The translations under genes were made by a program, and so were the position numbers. Shown in pieces: positions 34,388-37,085 of a DNA stretch of 37,085 nt (positions within the stretch are counted from its first letter, which is position 1; each line of letters begins with the position of its first letter). The stretch is from a virus (lineage: Duplodnaviria; Heunggongvirae; Uroviricota; Caudoviricetes). The stretch lies in IMG/VR virus record IMGVR_UViG_3300038393_001148; one strand, given 5' to 3'. The notes under the pieces are model-generated. The model saw nothing but the letters and a program-made list of their open reading frames with translations, was not told where the DNA came from and searched no databases.

Positions 34388-34546
34388 TCATCCCACGGAC
34401 CTCACTGGGTAATTCGTCTTATGGATGTAGTGCAGGATCATGAGTTGGAACTGCGGGTCATCGATCTGCGCCTTGAGCAAGGCGAGATGCTCCCTCGTCA
34501 TCTCAGGAAGCTCGGGCACCTCTGGGCCTTCTCGGTCGTCGGGCAT
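34388..34546 (-). CDS. Small hypothetical protein (52 aa, missed by the ORF track)
   Basis: MPDDREGPEVPELPEM...; ATG 6 nt after the -10. Confidence 0.6.
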   Translation of the reverse strand: MPDDREGPEVPELPEMTREHLALLKAQIDDPQFQLMILHYIHKTNYPVRSVG

Positions 34547-34552
34547 GCTCAC

Positions 34553-34581
34553 ATGCTACCAGGCGGGAATATTAGACTCAA
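34553..34581 (-). promoter_or_regulatory. Sigma70-type leaderless promoter
   Basis: TTGAGT-17-(TGG)TAGCAT-6-ATG. Confidence 0.7.
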
Positions 34582-34591
34582 TAGGCGCGAC

Positions 34592-34903
34592 CTAGGTCGC
34601 CCGACACTCAAGACATAGGTAATCTAGATCAACAACTCTAGGCAAATCACATACCGCACAGAGGCCACGCGGCGGGAGCGGACAGAAGTTGATGGTCTCT
34701 TCTGAGCAGACAGGGGGAGACTCGGGATGCCAACTGCGCACCATCCCATCCTCTTCTATGCCCCACCAGCGGCCGCTCTCGTAGTACACGAGGACAGCAA
34801 CGCCAGTCTCGCTCCGTCCCCCATCGTGTTCCATGTTGGACTGGCCTAGCTCCCACACAGGGACAAAGACCATCTCTTGTACTTGGGGATCATCGAAGTT
34901 CAT
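34592..34903 (-). CDS. Zn-finger-tagged small protein
   Basis: CAVCDLPRVVDLDYLCLECR. Confidence 0.8.
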   Translation of the reverse strand: MNFDDPQVQEMVFVPVWELGQSNMEHDGGRSETGVAVLVYYESGRWWGIEEDGMVRSWHPESPPVCSEETINFCPLPPRGLCAVCDLPRVVDLDYLCLECRAT

Positions 34904-35184
34904 GTTGACCTACAATTCGAGCACAAAAAGTCCTGATATGATGGCCTACTACACTCTGCGCAGTACAGCGTAGGAATTCGCGAGAAGTTGGGTTGCTTCT
35001 GATGCACACCGGGCCACTCATCCCTACACATGTCTAGGAATGGTGTCATACGTTCTTGCGCACGCACGTAACTACGGTTTGTCCATAAAATCCTCCAAGG
35101 GTAGTGGGTGCCGCCAGTAGAAACACCTGGCTCAGGCCACACCAAGCCCTCGCCGTTTGGGATCGAGAAGTAGTAATAGTCCAT
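34900..35184 (-). CDS. Zn-finger-tagged small protein
   Basis: CAECSRPSYQDFLCSNCR. Confidence 0.8.
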   Translation of the reverse strand: MDYYYFSIPNGEGLVWPEPGVSTGGTHYPWRILWTNRSYVRAQERMTPFLDMCRDEWPGVHQKQPNFSRIPTLYCAECSRPSYQDFLCSNCRST

Positions 35185-35597
35185 TACTGTCTGCACCTAC
35201 TACAGAGGTAATCCAGGAACGATGGTTGCTGACACTCAGCGCAAGTAAGCGTCGGCATAGGGCATGTAAGTTGTAGCCGGGTATAGATGGGCGACCGCCA
35301 CGCTTTCGCCCCGCCCGTTCCGTCTGATCGACCCGGAGCCAGCACCGGCCGGGTCGATGTGAACTCTCCGTCCCTCTTATGTACGGCAAGCGCGTACCAG
35401 CGGCCTTCCTCCTTCCATACCATATGGAAGGAGATAGGACTCTCGTAGATATGAACGTCGTCGTTCATTAGCCCTTCATGCGGCTCCCAATCGCAAGGCC
35501 GAACGCAATCCCGCAGAGGAAGATGATCAGGTCGCTGAGGATAAGGAAGGTCACGCTCATGGCGCATTACCATAGCATGTACATTAAGTTGCGTCAA
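35184..35597 (-). CDS. Zn-finger-tagged small protein
   Basis: CAECQQPSFLDYLCSRCR. Confidence 0.8.
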   Translation of the reverse strand: MTQLNVHAMVMRHERDLPYPQRPDHLPLRDCVRPCDWEPHEGLMNDDVHIYESPISFHMVWKEEGRWYALAVHKRDGEFTSTRPVLAPGRSDGTGGAKAWRSPIYTRLQLTCPMPTLTCAECQQPSFLDYLCSRCRQ

Positions 35598-35820
35598 TGT
35601 CTGCGATCCACTCGCTATCAGCTAGTGTAGGGAGGGGGATTAGCAAACTATAGTTGGGTGCTGGGGTCAACTCGTCCCGCGCGGAATTACAGCGTGGACA
35701 CGGCAGATCGTACCAATAGCAAATGCGCCGCATCCCCGTCCTCCGTCTGCCGCAATTGGCGCACTCGGAGCTATAGTTCAGAAAGGCCCTTTCGTTAATT
35801 GGCGGTTTAGAAGCTTCCAT
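35584..35820 (-). CDS. Small Zn-finger protein (degenerate tag)
   Basis: CANC...WYDLPCPRC. Confidence 0.6.
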   Translation of the reverse strand: MEASKPPINERAFLNYSSECANCGRRRTGMRRICYWYDLPCPRCNSARDELTPAPNYSLLIPLPTLADSEWIADIDAT

Positions 35821-35860
35821 GGCAATCACTATATGTAACTATGTCGCCTAGGAAGCTGCC

Positions 35861-36181
35861 TCAAGCTTCCATTTTCCAGGATGGAGACTTCCGACAATAG
35901 GGACAAAGGTAGTCGAGGAACGCTGGCTCATCACATTCGGCGCACACACTCCAGGATAGCGGCGAGCAAGCGCCCATCGGATAGAAGACGGCTCTTACCC
36001 CGACCGGGGAATTGAGGTCAAAGCCCTTATCCCTGGATGGGCAATCCTCAACAAGAAAGACTCGGCAGTCCCCACCACGATTGTGTTGAACCCGATCTAT
36101 GGTGCCGACCACGCCGTGCCATGACTTGTTGGTGGTGGTTGATGTGAAGGCGACGAGATCCCCAGGCTGGTGGTCACACAT
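35861..36181 (-). CDS. Zn-finger-tagged protein with SH3-like N-terminus
   Basis: QPGDLV...GVVGTI; CAECDEPAFLDYLCPYCR. Confidence 0.8.
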   Translation of the reverse strand: MCDHQPGDLVAFTSTTTNKSWHGVVGTIDRVQHNRGGDCRVFLVEDCPSRDKGFDLNSPVGVRAVFYPMGACSPLSWSVCAECDEPAFLDYLCPYCRKSPSWKMEA

Positions 36182-36512
36182 TCCGGCACCTCAGGCAGAG
36201 ATAGTCCAGGCCGTAGACTACACCATCACAATCACCGCAGGGCCGAGTCGTCAGCATCTCGTAGGCCCACAAGAACTCCCAGCGTAGGAGCGGGTCCTTG
36301 ATGTCTTGCCAATTATCGAACACAAAGGCAGGAGCGCTATGCCCCGCGACATTCTCTTCTTCATACCACGTCTCGCCCTCAGGATAAATAAAGATCTCTA
36401 GCGGCGTTTCTTGGTTCGTTCGCCACGAGGCCGGGGCTGCTCGAACGATAAAGGGCCGACCATCCTTCTGGGCGGCATCGACAAGCTCGGGGCTGGAGGG
36501 TTGCCAGTCCAT
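36174..36512 (-). CDS. Zn-finger-tagged small protein
   Basis: CGDCDGVVYGLDYLCLRCR. Confidence 0.8.
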   Translation of the reverse strand: MDWQPSSPELVDAAQKDGRPFIVRAAPASWRTNQETPLEIFIYPEGETWYEEENVAGHSAPAFVFDNWQDIKDPLLRWEFLWAYEMLTTRPCGDCDGVVYGLDYLCLRCRNV

Positions 36513-36513
36513 A

Positions 36514-36780
36514 TCAGGTCCTAGTCCTACATTCGGAACAGAGATAGTCGTTGTAGGAGATCTCACCACAGTCGGAGCATTTCAGCCACGGCAGCTTGGA
36601 ATGCGGACGGGCGAAGGTCCAATTATTGTTGACACGCCTAAAGGAATAGCCGGTATGGAAGTTATACAGTGCCCCGCTCTCCATATGTTTCCATCGGCCT
36701 TCGGCATCGTTCCACCAAATCAGGAAGGGTTCCCCGCCACCGTTACGGGAAGCCACCAGGACATGCTCTCGATGCCTCAT
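36514..36780 (-). CDS. Zn-finger-tagged small protein
   Basis: CSDCGEISYNDYLCSECR. Confidence 0.8.
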   Translation of the reverse strand: MRHREHVLVASRNGGGEPFLIWWNDAEGRWKHMESGALYNFHTGYSFRRVNNNWTFARPHSKLPWLKCSDCGEISYNDYLCSECRTRT

Positions 36781-37049
36781 GTCCTACACCTACGACAGAG
36801 ATAATCGTAATACGCTGGTTCGTCACACTCGGCACAACGGAGATGGGGCACAGGAGAATAATTTGGCCCGACCGAATAGCCTAGCTCCTCGCAGGCTGCA
36901 AGCGTGGTCGCTACGACCTCGCGCTGATGAACCCCATAGCCGGGGCAGAGCGGATCGAAGAGGAGCCGCCATTGTTCGTCCTCCCTCCAGAGCAGCCAGG
37001 CGTTGGTATGCCTAGCATCGCTGCCTGTGGTGACGTAGTAGTAGTTCAT
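36777..37049 (-). CDS. Zn-finger-tagged small protein
   Basis: CAECDEPAYYDYLCRRCR. Confidence 0.8.
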   Translation of the reverse strand: MNYYYVTTGSDARHTNAWLLWREDEQWRLLFDPLCPGYGVHQREVVATTLAACEELGYSVGPNYSPVPHLRCAECDEPAYYDYLCRRCRT

Positions 37050-37085
37050 GGCTTGCACTCCGGGCAGAGGTATTCCGCATCCCAG
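37046..37085 (-). CDS. 3' end of another Zn-finger-tagged gene (truncated by the window)
   Basis: ...WDAEYLCPECKP-stop, ATGA-coupled to the next gene. Confidence 0.7.
   Translation of the reverse strand, partial: WDAEYLCPECKP

Noticed and set aside
725-37085. Zn-finger tag as a CRISPR array, integron attC sites or a pure DNA repeat
   Set aside because: Spacing is irregular, spacer length varies in whole codons, third positions vary synonymously, there are no palindromic attC cores, and no cas or integrase gene is in the window.

Overview
The window looks like part of a large, GC-rich tailed-phage genome with an actinobacterial-type host (possibly Thermoleophilia). It has a long + strand block (421-33518), a convergent - strand block (33481-end) and a divergent - strand gene at the left edge. 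Recognisable genes are an ArdC-like protein, a MoxR-type AAA+ ATPase with a DUF2201/VWA partner, an ATP-dependent DNA ligase, Ku, dUTPase, a YodL-like protein and several HTH proteins. Two large modular proteins carry HDxxGH, HhH-glycosylase-like and 2H-phosphoesterase domains separated by acidic 'DD.LWKEA' linkers. The dominant unexplained signal is about 31 small proteins with mostly unrelated N-termini that share one short C4 zinc-finger module, CxxC-x(3-9)-DY[LIV]CxxCR, almost always at the C-terminus and conserved at protein rather than DNA level. About 20 sigma70-type promoters (TTGACA-17-TAnnnT), mostly leaderless, punctuate the region, and their -35 boxes often sit in or just after the tail of a tagged gene. 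All calls come from reading motifs by eye; no database searches were run.
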